Assembly: GCF_009914755.1 (NCBI RefSeq)
Contig: NC_060933.1
Source of the DNA: the human T2T-CHM13v2.0 reference genome, Homo sapiens
Length of the DNA stretch: 64,000 bases
Direction: 5' to 3' (one strand)
Both the position numbers and the translations under genes were made by a program. Under the pieces are notes generated by a model, which was not told where the DNA came from, made no database searches, and saw nothing but the letters and a program-made list of their open reading frames with translations. Below, one piece after another: positions 11,254 through 24,668 of this stretch. Positions within the stretch are counted from its first letter, which is position 1; every line of letters begins with the position of its first letter.

Positions 11254-14129
11254 TCAGGACAGAAGAGAAGGCAAATTAAAACACTTTCCAGACAGATTTG
11301 TCCTTTGTCCAGGGACGGACCATAACCACCCAGTCCCTGAAAGAAGCCCTATCCAGCATTTCCATCAGTTCCAAAGTAAAGCATCAGGGGCTCTAGTTTG
11401 CAAGGTGATTAGCATAGCAAGTCTGTCTCCAAGGCTGGCTACACAGTGAGCGGTGCCATTTCCTAACGAGCCTCCTCGCATTGAGCTCAGCTGCCAACAG
11501 CCTTAGACTCATAAAGGCCACAAACAAGCGCTGCTTGCAATCAGAAGTGCTTCTCAGAATGCCAGTCACAAGTTGTGGGATGATCCACTGTGGGGAACAA
11601 AGGCAAATGAGCATGCTGTGGCTTGACTTTCTGCAAAAGGCTCACACGAACATGAGAATTGGAAAATACCACCTGTTTTCACAGAAACAGCCCCTGGCAT
11701 CCCTGGGCTAGCAACCGGACCTACTTGCTTTTTAATAGGCCTCTAAGGTTTTAACACCTGATTCTTGCGGGAGAGCAGGAGACACAGCCTCAAGGCATTC
11801 GTACTTGTTGGTGCCTGTAAGTATTTTCCTAAAAACTTCGGTTAAGAAAAAAGGGAAGGGTGAGAATCTTACAATTTAGCTGTGTGGGGAATTTATGGTT
11901 CTTTAAGCACAAGCAGTATTAAGAAGGCTTAAGTTTTTGAAAGAGTAACCGATATATTCACTTAGTGTGTGTCAGTTTATACAGAACCCGCAAATGTTTA
12001 ATTAGCCAGAGCAGCCCAAGGTCAGCTTCCTCTGGAAGGGTTGGGCCGTTCTGGGAGGGTGAACAACTGCCTTGGTTTTCCCAGGACTATTCTGGTTTTA
12101 CTGCCTCAGGTCCGACAGCCCAGGACACCCTTCAGAACTGGGCCTTCCACCTCCTGACCACCACTAAAGGGAGCCTCTTGTCGCATGCGCACTGTGTGAA
12201 TGGCAGCGTGGGGACGCAGAGCTAAGAGTAAACGACGTGGTGTGGACCATGACGTTCGCTCTCCTCGGCCCCCGCTGGCAGCACACAGGGCCTGCAGCCG
12301 GCCTGCAACGAGCCCGCCAGGGTCAGTGCAGCCAGCACGGGGGCTCCGGCTGTAGCCCAGGCACGTGCCAGTGTGTCCCTGGGCGTCTGTATTGCTATCA
12401 CTTGGTTTTTACTCAGAAATGACAGGCACATAGTGCTGATGGCCTTCGGTAGATGCAGCCTGTCCTTCATCAAGGAAACAATGTGAGCCTGCTGTGGACC
12501 CCTTTCAGTTAATATACCACCCAGACCCTGAGCGGGAGGACTGTCCCCCGCTCAGGGGCTGGCCATGCCCATGCTGATGGGCTTGGCCATGTCTGAAGAA
12601 AGGCCGAGTTGTCATTACAAATCCAACCTTGCATCTTCCTTACACACCAACACTCCTGGGTGGGCCCCTTCCCAGCTCTCTAGTCACATGCAAAAATTCG
12701 CAGCCCTGCAGCCGCCTGGAAAACCTGCCTCCCTGCTGGCCTTGGCTGGTGCACCAAGAGTGGGTTCAATTCATTTTGAGTTCAACGACTACAGAATTGA
12801 ACTCTGCATCTCGGAATCTAGCTAACTTTTGCTGTTGTTGCTGTGGCCCAGCAGCAGGAGGCAGGAGAAGGAGAAGTGTGAATCCAGGACAGGACAGGAG
12901 GTGGAGCCCCAGGGGTGGACTCCATGCAGTCCTCTGCTCTGTGCCGGCCTCCTGCAGGCACAAGTGAGGGAGCAAGTGGACGGCTGGGGCAAGGCAGAGG
13001 AGTGCCTGGCGAGAGGCCAGGAGCCAGAGAGGCAGGAGAACCGCAGGGACGTTGGGCAGGGCCTCATGGATGGCGTTCTGGGGAAAATCGGAGGGCCGAG
13101 GTCAGAGAAGAGGATTCCGGGACAGCCGGGGAGTGGGCCTCCAGGTGCCTGGAGAAGAGCCCACTGCGCAGAGCTCACTGCAGAGGCCACACAGGAGGCA
13201 GGCTGTGGGCAGATGGGGCTGCAGGACCAGTGCGTCCTTTAGGTCAGATGGAGCCACTCGCTCAAGCCATCTCCAAGAGGGTGCAAGGGCTCTGAAGAGA
13301 GATAGTGGCCTTTGCCTTGAGCTGGCACTGCTCTCCAAATCTGGATGCCAAGATAGAGGGCAGAGCCTGGGACCAGCTGGGAGGTGGCTGCGCTCGTGCT
13401 AGGTCCTGAGGGTGGAGAGACCCAAGCTGTAGGAGGGAAAGGCCGTCCCACCAAAGCAACCATCTGGCCACCACCTGCTCGTGGGCCAAGCAGACCCAGC
13501 TCTTTCCAAGGTGCTGTCGGCAGAGGAACTGACAAAGGCCAGGAGAGGCAGGGGTGGTGGGAGGGATCCTTCCCCAGAGGCCCTCCCTGCCACGCGGCCA
13601 CCGCAGCGAAGGCTTCTCATTAGGAAGACTGATGTGTCAATAAAGATGGTTTCAAAACATCCGAAAGGACAGCCCCCAGGAGGTGCTTTCACCACGATGG
13701 GTGCCCAGATGGCCAGCATCCGTCCCTGACAGAGTCAGTGCATGAGCGCCACACTGGCGTCTGCTCTGGGAATGGGCTTCTGCTGTGTGTGTCTTCTCTG
13801 TGGCGGAACTGACTTGGGGGATGTGATGACAAAGCACTGGGGCCCTCTGTGCTCCTGAGGGTTCCCGTGTGGATCCGCAGCAGGGGCTGAACCACGTGTC
13901 AGGAGGGACTGCCCCGCACAGGATGCAGGCTGGCCCTTGCAGCATCTGGCTTACTCCCAGCAATGTCTCTGGGCCCAGTCTTGAGGGCGATCTGCTTTGA
14001 ATGTGGACTGAAAGTTTCCTCCGAGTAGATGGAAACATGGCATCAGGATAACTGAAGCAGAGACCTGGGTGTCTCTAGGGTGCTTGCTCTGGGTGATTTT
14101 CTCTCACACCCTGTCGGCAGGGCTGGAGT

Positions 14130-14450
14130 CACCAAACTCCCACGCTGACCCCTGCTGCTAAGCCTTCTCCACTCACACGGGCCACAGGGTTGGGGAGGAA
14201 GTGCCTGAGCTGGAATTGTCCTTGTCACAGGGCAGGGCTGACCATCTCCCCACTGCCCCTCCCCAGCCCCCCATAAGCACCTTCCCACTGTTTCTGTGAG
14301 TTCGACTTTTTAGATCCCACCCATAGGTGAGAGCATGCATTTGTCTCTCGCGTCTGGCTTATTTCGCTCAGTGTAAAGCCCTCTAGGTTGGGCCGCATTG
14401 TTGCAGGTGTGCATTTTATAAGAGTACACAATAGATTCTCGAAAGCATTC
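14130..14450 (-). mobile_element. L1MA-like 3' end fragment
   Basis: TTCTGTGAGTTCGACTTTTTAGATCCCACCCATAGGTGAGAGCATGC...TCTGGCTTATTTCGCTCAG. Confidence 0.7.
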
Positions 14451-14899
14451 TCGCTGTGCTGGGGCCGGGCCCAAAGAGGTGGCACCTGGCATGTGGCAGC
14501 CAGTCGTCTTTAGCCCTGGGCCACCCTCATGACTCGGATTCGTCTTAGCTGAGACACCAGCACCTGGGAGGCACAGCCTGGGCCCGCTCCACAGGACTGT
14601 CCTACCAGGATGGAGACAATCTCCTGGCCCTGGTTCTTGGCAGGTGGGTCATGTTACGGGGACTTTCTGTACATGGACATTCACGTTTCAGTCAGGCCCG
14701 GCCTGGACGGGAGCAGGAGGGGCCTCTGGGGACTGGGAATATTCCTCTCGAGTTGGCTGCTGGCTGCACAGGTGTTGTTGGTTTGTGAAATTCATCAAGC
14801 TGTGTATTTTCTGTATGTATATGTCAACAAAAGTACAAATAAAATAAAAAATAAAACAAAACTCCCAGAGCCAGCATGCTGGTGCTTTTTCTGAGATGA

Positions 14900-15950
14900 G
14901 TATTTTTTTAAATTGTGGTAAAATATACATAAAATGTGCTGTTTTACCCATTTGTGTAATTTGGTGGCATGCAGTATGTTTACAGTGTTGCACAGCCATC
15001 AGCACTGGCCGTCTCCTGCCCCTTTCCATGATCCCCACACTGACTCCCCACCCTCTGCCTTGGGAAACTCTAGCACTTCCTCTCCCTGGACTTGACTCTT
15101 CCAGGTGCCTCACCTAAGTGACTCATACAACATCCTCGTTTCTGGCTTATTTCAACAGCACAGTGTCTTCCAGGTTCATTCATGTTGTAGCACTGTCAGA
15201 ACCTCTTTCCATCTTCAGGCTGAACAGTACTCTCTTGTGGGTACAGATCACACGGTGCATTGCTTGTCCCTCTACAGGCGTTTAGGCCATCTCTGCCTGC
15301 TGGCTGCTGAGAATAGTGCTGCCCTGAGCACTGGGCCAGATGGCCCTCCAGCCCCTGCTTTCGGCTCTCTGGGTTATAGACCTAGGAGAACTGCCTGCCA
15401 CATGGTAATTCCAAGTTTGGCTGTTTGAGGAACCACCCCATTCTTCTCCACAGTAGCTGCACGACGTTAATGTCCCCACCGGGAAGCATATGAGTGTTCC
15501 GGTTCCCACGCATCCTCACGGGCGTTTCTTTTCTCTCCTTGCTGACAGCCATCCTGATGGCTGTGCAGTGCATCTCGCTGCACTTTGCCTTTCCCTGACC
15601 ACTCATGCCCTTTCTGTGAGCATCTCCCCACATGCCTACTGGCCATTTGTACATCTTCTTTGGAGAAATGTCTGTTCAAGTCCTTTGCCCATTTTTGAAT
15701 TGGGTTGTTTATCTTTTTGTTGTTGAGTTATAAGAATTCCTTATGTATTCTGAATACTAAACTCTAATCATATATATTATTTCCAGATATTTTTCTCCCA
15801 TTCTGTGAATTGTGTTTTCACTTTCTTGACAGTATCATTTGATGCACAAAAGCTTTTAATTTTCATAAAGTCCAATTTATCTATTGTTTTCTTTCATTGC
15901 TGTGCCTTTGGTATCATATCCAAGAAATCATTGCCAAATCTAATGTCACA
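14900..15950 (-). mobile_element. L1MB-like 3' region
   Basis: Typical antisense L1 3'UTR and ORF2-end blocks (TTGGAGAAATGTCTGTTCAAGTCCTTTGCCCATTTTT; TTTGATGCACAAAAGCTTTTAATTTT). ORF 15467..15679 (-) starts [13 protein letters not shown], like the L1 ORF2 C-terminus. Confidence 0.85.
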
Positions 15951-16342
15951 AAGAGTGCTCACTTTTGACTTGGACCGTTTTTTACCCCTCAAGTCAAGTG
16001 GGCTTCAGGAAGGATTTCTTTGTAATAAACCAATTTTTTTAAAGATTAACAGAATTCTTTGCACTGTTGCAGTGAATAGCATTGTGGTTGCTTTGCGAGC
16101 CCATTCTCATCGTGGCCTTACTTCTTTCCATGAGGAGGAGGAGAGCAGCACACTGCGATGGAAAGAAATGTACGTAGGGGGACAGGAGACCTGGCTTCTA
16201 CCGCAGGCTTTGGCAGCAAGCCGTGGGCCCAGGAGATGGCATCTCCTGTCTCTGAGCCTCTGTTTTCTCTTCTATGACATAAAGGTGCTGGAAGGGGCAG
16301 GCTCTGGGGTCCATCCCAGCTGTCAACCTCCTTGACCATTTA

Positions 16343-16681
<339 letters not shown>

Positions 16682-18306
16682 TCACAGGGGAGAGGTTAGG
16701 AAGAGGCAGGACAGACATACTTCTAGGATTTATTTATTTGCTTTGAAACAACCCCCAGAAACGGGTAAGCACTGGCCCCTGAGAGAGGGAGCTAGGCAGC
16801 GGCCGAGTTTACACTCGATTTCACACAAACCCAAATGGGCGGAATGGAAATTTCTTGACTTTCTTTCGTCTTGCTCACCAAGCAGTCAGGGCACCATGCC
16901 AGGAACTGACCTTTTTTTGTATAAAAGGAAACAGAGAAAAGTTCTCAACAGAATGTAGTCAGATTTTTATATTGTGGGAAAAAGAACAAAAGGCTCCTTG
17001 AAGACTCGCCTATCACAGCCACAAATCAATTAAAGCCCCACGCAGTCAGACCTCCGCCGAGCCAGTGTTCCCATACGAATGTAGGCTTGCCTTTGCTTCT
17101 TGCTATATTGGGGGTCAGGGCGGGGGGTCGGGGGGAACACACACACATGCACGCACGTGTACACAAGCACGGTCATACACACATGCATGCACACACAAGA
17201 ACACATTTGTTTTAGATGCCGGAACAATCTGTTCATACGTGTTTAATGCTCAAGCAGAGGCCACAAGTCTGTGGAACCCACATAATAATGGTAATTATAA
17301 GTCTGCAGGTTGCTTTTGCATAAAAAATACTCATTCCATGCTGAGATGTTTCTGCTTGCTACAAGAATGGTACACCCAGTCGTGACTTGGAAAACAAAGC
17401 AAAGCAAAAACCGAAAGCCCATAGCTCCAAATGCCACATGGAACTCGTGAACAGCTATGTTCCATCACTTCTGAAAGAATACTTAGGCCTATTCTGAGAA
17501 TTCCCATGACCGATTTTATGGATTTTGTGTGAGGCGTTTTTTTTCCCTGGAAGTCAAGGCCTCATTCAATGAAGTCTGTCATAAACTCCAGTACACTGGG
17601 TGTGTTGTGTGAGCTCCTCTGACCACAATACAAGACCGTGAGAAACTGCACCATCGGGCTCTTCCACGGGGAGCGGCAGCGCTCCAGCAGGGCAGGCCTC
17701 ACTCTCCCCACCTCGCCCCTCAGCCGGCCCAGCCTGCCGGGTCTGATGGTGTCTACGGGAGCCCAAGGCCATTCTGCCATCTAACTGGGTCTGCAAAAAT
17801 GTCAGGGTTTAGGAGGCTATGCCTTTATATCTGTTTTTTCTCTTGACCCACAACCGACTTTCTGCCCTTGTCCAATAATCCCTAAGATGGGGTCTATCTT
17901 CCTTTATGTCTGGCCCAGACTGTCTTTCCCTTCAGAGGCCGTCCATGCTCATGGGCTTCCACTTGAACACCGATAACTAACTTTAAACATGTCCTAAGTT
18001 TTTCAGGAGAAAGATAAAAGCTTTCTTTTCTTTTTAAAGTATTTTTTATCCTGCATTATAAAGACATATATGCTTACTATGGAAAATTTGAAAAGAGAAA
18101 AAGAAGAACCATTAAAATGATCTATAACTCTACCATCCAAAAAGACTCACTGTTAATAATTCGGTTTATATACTTCTTGTCTTTTTTCTACGCACTGAGA
18201 CCATACCACTCACTACACATAATGCCTTGTATCTTTCATTTTTCTCTCCATAATGTACTATAAGCAGTTCAGTTCACTGTATCTATAGAACATGCTCTTC
18301 AAGACC

Positions 18307-18607
18307 TTTTTTTTTTTTGGAGACAGAGCCTTGCTCTGTCACCCAGGCTGGAATGCAGTGGTGCAATCTCTACTCACTGCAACCTCTGCCTCCTGAGCTC
18401 AAGCGATCCTTCCATCTATCTCAGCCTCCCGAGTAGCTGGGACTACAGGCACACATTACCATACCTGGCTAATTTCTTTATTTATTTTTTTGTAGAGACA
18501 GGGGTCTATGTTGCCCAGGCTGGTCTCAAACTCATGGATTCAAGTGATACGGCCACCTCGGCCTTCCAAAGTGCTGAGATTACAGGCATGAACCACCACA
18601 CCCGTCC
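18307..18607 (-). mobile_element. AluJ-like, inside an old L1ME relic (~18030-18840)
   Basis: Dimeric antisense Alu with poly-T start. Confidence 0.9.
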
Positions 18608-19553
18608 AAGAGCATGATTTTTCATGGTATGTAACAGAATGCTATTCCATGGTTAGGATATACCACACTTTATTTGGCCAGTAGCCTTACTATTGAAAGT
18701 TCAGGCCATTTCCCATTGTTGTATTTATGAACAATGCTGTGCTGAATATTCTTATACATAAGCCTTTGCATGGATCTCTATTCCCCAGGGTAATTCCTAG
18801 AAGTGGAACCACAGGGTTAAAGGGTATGAACCCTTGCCTGATTTTTTTTTTTCCTTTTTTTCTCTAGGCATCATTGTACCTTACTGATTCTTAAGGGTAT
18901 CTAAACGACTTTTTTTTATTTTGTTGTGATCTGATTCAGTTGTTGGCAAAAGGAGATGAACTCTGGCTGCTGGTGGAAAGGGTGGCTTGCCCATGAGTGG
19001 GACAGGCCTTCTCACAGGCAGGACACATCCTGGGCGGGGACACGCTTGCTCTTTGCACCCATGTTCTTCACCTCAAGGACATCCACAGAGGCAGTGACGC
19101 CAGGCCCAGCACACGATGCGGGGATACGCCACCAGCTGATTTAATTGTGCCTTTTTAAGTAAATGCACAAATGCAGAGATACTGCTAATTTCAATTCAAT
19201 CACATACGAATCATGCTTTCTAACACAGTTCACAGTTTGTCTCTCAAGCCTCCCAACAGACCATCAAGGGATTAAAGCTCACAAAACCCAGGAAAACAAG
19301 AGGTACGTATCATTCATTAAACTAAAATCCCCTTCCCAGGACGCCACATACACCAATGCCTCAGGCAGGCACCAGCAAGGAAGGGGCTCTGGAGTCACCA
19401 ACATGAGCACTGGATTGAACTGCCAGGCAGATGGGCACCTGTGACAGAATGGGGGGAAGGGAAATGGATGCCTGCCACTGCCCCACTCACATTGAGCCAA
19501 TACGTTCTCATCCAAAATCCTAGGCATCCCCTGAGGGAGAACTACGCAAGGGT

Positions 19554-20038
19554 TTTATTTTTTCATAAAAAAGGACCAAGTTAGCTAGTAGAAGATGTGC
19601 CAATGTAGAACTTTCTAGAAATTAAGTGTTATTGAATAATTTATTTCTTTATACTTCAAAAGTGATTCTCTGTCAGTAACCTTTTGACTGTGATGGAATT
19701 GAACACATATCTACCAACTTAGCTTATTCAGAATCAAATAAGACAGAATATAAAAGGGCTTTAAAAACCATATGTGCCCCGTACATCTTATTACTGTTAA
19801 AAACATCAACCAGGATTTTCCTTAGTTTAACGTGATCTTTTAAAGGGGAAGAAATAAAAAGCTTTCTTTTTAATCAGACAGCAATCCTCAAATACATACG
19901 TGGGTTATAATTTTTTCACAAAGCTTTATTTCTGATCCAAAATAAATTATCACCAAATTTCAACTTTTTAAAATCTAAAACTATTTTTCTTTCCTATGCC
20001 ATGCAAGCCTTTAAACAAAATACGCAGACATCTTTATT
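19554..20038 (-). terminator. Cluster of intronic AATAAA signals downstream of the alternative last exon
   Basis: TTTATT on + strand at 19554-59, 19640-45, 19925-30 and 20033-38. Confidence 0.5.
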
Positions 20039-20591
20039 AGTCTGTGTGTTTTCAAACAACAGAAAATGCCAAAGCCAAGAGAAGCAGGGCTCTATACAAA
20101 ATGAGCCTTGTCCTCTTTAACTACTAAGATCAGCATAGAGCACTGGCAGTTGAAGTTTTAAGAACCTAGCAAATCAATGCTTGCAAGGGAGGTGCCAATG
20201 CCTTTAATCAAAGCATTGCTTCCTGTAATTATTATATTCCACATAAAATAACAACTGTCTTTGCCACAGACAGTTATCCAGTCCCATACTTAGCTGCTCT
20301 GTTATTTAGGAAATGACCAACTTCTTTTTCAGAAGCAAAGTGGTTAATATCATCTGATTACTTTAGTAAGAGATGTAAATAAAGCCAGTAATGTGAGGAT
20401 CTGTTGACTGATCCAAGAAAGGAGACAGTCAAGATGGAAGCAAGCCCTGGCCAGGCTGCTGGGGAGCGAGACAGGGCCCTGGCTGTGGCCAGGCTCTGCT
20501 GCCGGCACACCCCTCAGAACAGCCCGCCTCTGCAGGGCACGCCTTGGAAGACGCGACCCTGGGGCAGATATGGCAGCTGAGCAATAACAGA

Positions 20592-20741
20592 TCAAATGAC
20601 CTTGGGGAAGAAGGGTCTTCGTTTTGCAGGAGAATGGGCTGGCAGCGTCTCGTCTCTGGCCACCTCGGTGGGGACAGGAGAACGCCTCTGACCACAAGGC
20701 TGGAGATCACCATGCCTGCAGGTTGCCATGACATATGCCAT
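20592..20741 (-). CDS. FANCC: FANCC alternative terminal exon, coding part (short isoform): MAYVMATCRHGDLQPCGQRRSPVPTEVARDETLPAHSPAKRRPFFPKVI*
   Basis: Acceptor CTCTGCCCACAG|ATG after a 117-nt intron from the exon 13 donor, phase 0, 49 codons plus TGA. 443+49=492 aa, the length I recall for the annotated short FANCC isoform. Several minus-strand AATAAA lie downstream. Confidence 0.75.
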   Translation of the reverse strand: MAYVMATCRHGDLQPCGQRRSPVPTEVARDETLPAHSPAKRRPFFPKVI

Positions 20742-20858
20742 CTGTGGGCAGAGCTCAGGTGTCATGGAAGCCAAGCCCACAACAGAGCCCCTCTCTGCAA
20801 GCTCCTCTCAGCCCCCCAGAGCCCACCCCAAACACATGCAGTGGGGCCTGCTACCCAC

Positions 20859-21033
20859 CATAGTCTGTGCTCTCTGCTGCCTCCCATCACGGGGGCCGTA
20901 GTAGAAGGCCAAGAGCCACAGCAGGGCCGTGGGGGGTTCGGCTGCCGACATCAGTAATTGCTCTGCCACCATCTCAGCCCATCCTCCGAAGTGAATGAAC
21001 AGGAACCAGCTCTCAAAGGGACCTCCGCAGGAC
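20859..21033 (-). CDS. FANCC: FANCC exon 13 (175 nt): [58 protein letters not shown]
   Basis: Peptide lies inside ORF 20808..21053. Acceptor TGTTCCAG|G, donor ATG|GTGGGT. Confidence 0.98.
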
Positions 21034-22778
21034 CTGGAACAGAGGCAGAACACATGGCAGTTGACAACCTGAATTCTTCTTCCTTTGGGTTTTTAAAGCA
21101 ACTTTAACGTTTGCCAACGGTTGGCTTAAATTGTACTTATCCACTGAAGTGCAACCTGCAAGGAATACAATTTAGATTCAGAAAGCCTGTCCAAACGCCA
21201 CTCTGCACCATCACAGGACATCGAAAGAGTGCCTCTCAGGACCCCCGTGAGGCCTGAGGCCTTTGGACATCGGAGTCTTTAATCCAGGTACGTTCAGTGA
21301 GGACAGGCACTGAAGAAGGAAGACTGCGGCCATGACCAACAGGAATGTGGCAGGATGTGGCGGCACACCTCCCTGCCTTCTGAGATGGGGAGAAAGAGGT
21401 GGAGGGTAGGACGCAGGCAGAAACATGGGCTATTTCCCTTCTGACAAGACGCAAAGTTCAGGTGGATATTTCAGCAACTACGAATTTTTAATGAGCTGCT
21501 GTCATCATGGGTGCATCAATGCCAGAAAGTTGAAGTGTTTGTGAAGCTATCCCCTCGCCACACTGGCAAATGGGAGTTGCAATACTTGTTTTAAGGGTAG
21601 AATTTGCTTGAGATAAGGGCCTACTAATTGTGTGCAGTGCCGGTCTCAGCAGGTGAACATCTCCCTTGGAGAGGATGGAACAGACCAGCCTGAGATCACA
21701 TTAGATGAGAACATTCCTTCTGGACTGGGGCAGTGGCTGGAACAGGAGTGTTCCTGGCCCCTTTGTTGGATCTTCCTGCATGTTCCTCTGCCTGGCCCAT
21801 GGAATTCCCAAGCTCTAAGCACTGTCCTCGCCTCCCTGGACACTGCTGTCCTCCTGCCCCAGTCCTCCCTGAGAACAAGTGGTTAAATGTTCTACATTTG
21901 AGCAACAGAGACATGTCCCTCTTTCCCAGGACATGGTCAGAGCTGATGCTCTGGAGGCCACGTTGGCTGTGGGCTGGGTTAGGCTGTACCAGAGTGAGGA
22001 GGGGACTCTGCCATGCCTCTTCCCTGCAGGCACCATGTCAGGGTAGACAGATGCACAGAGCAGTGAGGCTCCCTCATGCTCCCAGCTCCCAGGTTGGCAG
22101 CGTGACTGGATCAGGATCAGAGACCGGTCTGGTCCTTCCCTCTGTCTTCCACCAGTAGCTGAATGCACAAGCAGTCCCATGTGGCCACCTGAAAGGTATC
22201 TCATGGCTCCAAGGTCTGGATTGAAGTGGGAGCCCCACGAGGTCTAAGTCCTGTTCTGCAGCACCACATGCGCCCTTTCTGGTTGCTGTTTTATTCCAGT
22301 CTTCACGCATTTGACATCACACATTCTGAGTGATGGTGGAGAGGGTGGGTAGAGAGAAGAGAAAAACACCCAGGGCACCCACTGCACAACATGTCTCAAT
22401 CACAGGGTGGGCTGTTTATGCCACCTGCATCTACGTCCTGTCCCCGAGTTAAGATTCTTCAAGGTCCAGCTCTGTGTAACACCAGGACAACCAGGGAGGG
22501 TGTGTGGGGGGCCGACTGGCCACTGCAGGCTATTCATGTGGCCAACCCCGCAGCCTCCATTGGCTGCAGGCCTTTTTTGTCTGGTCTCTGTCGGTAAGAA
22601 TCATGGTGAGGAAGGAGTGAGCAGCTGGCACCCAAGCCATCAATCACGGAGCTGGACATAGGTGTGTCACCCATTGTCTGTGTCAACTCGGTGTGAGACT
22701 ACAGAGAATTCCAGGAGTGAAAAGTGGCAAAAGGAACAAATAAGATAGTCTTAGTAGGCTAGCAGGGACAATGAATAA

Positions 22779-23495
<717 letters not shown>

Positions 23496-24024
23496 CCAAC
23501 CAACCAACCCAGAATTTATATTAGAATAGATTTTCTCATTTTAGAGAGATTTATTAGAGAGAAGGAAAAGCAAGCATTTAACATTCCACCCTACTGTGTA
23601 GGAGTTTCAAATCTCCTTCCCTAGAGAGGTAGAGGGAAGACCACAGGACCCAAACAAGTGCCCTTTCCCTTCTGTGCGGCCAGGGAGGGGTTCCCAGCAG
23701 GTGGGTGCTGCTTTTTCCAAGGCCTCTTCTTTTTATTGTTATGCCTGTATATTTCAAAATCTAAAACCAGACGTTAATGTAGAAAACATTTCGATACAGG
23801 TATTGGCACATGCATACATGCGCATGCCTATTCATCCTGACCTGCTCCAAGCCATCCGTGCAGCCATGCGCTTCCTCCACTTCTCACTTCACCATGGTGC
23901 TCACCTGTTTGGTGATGGTCCCAGACCAGTAATGCCTTCCTCTGTCAGCCCTGCTCAAAGGGCAGATGAGGATCTAGGGAAACCATGTGTGAAGTAGATT
24001 TGGGAGTGGTCAGTGTTTGCTCAC

Positions 24025-24106
24025 CCATGAGTCTGGTCTTCAACTGCTTCTCTGAGCAGTTCAGAAATATGCTTCAGTGTCTGGAGCCAGTGTCCCCGAG
24101 GGATAT
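24025..24106 (-). CDS. FANCC: FANCC exon 12 (82 nt): (D)[26 protein letters not shown](G)
   Basis: Manual translation. Acceptor CCACCCGCAG|AT, donor CATGG|GTGAGC. Frame continuous with neighbours. Confidence 0.97.
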
Positions 24107-24342
24107 CTGCGGGTGGAGAGAGATACGTCAGAGGGCAACTGAGGAAATGTCAAGCCCATGAGGAACCACCTGCAGGGATGACCTGAAGAGTCTTTGGGAG
24201 ACGCCCTTTACTTCTGGTTCACGGAACCCAATACTGTTCTCATGCTTTTCCCAGCCAGTACCTATCTCTTAAGCCTGGGGAAGTAAGATCTGTCCATGTC
24301 ACACAGAGTTGAACATCAAAGAATCTAATCTTTTAATTTTAG

Positions 24343-24668
<326 letters not shown>

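Noticed and set aside
12181-12191. NRF1-like motif CGCATGCGCA in a mildly CpG-rich stretch
   Set aside because: Incomplete match and no other promoter features.
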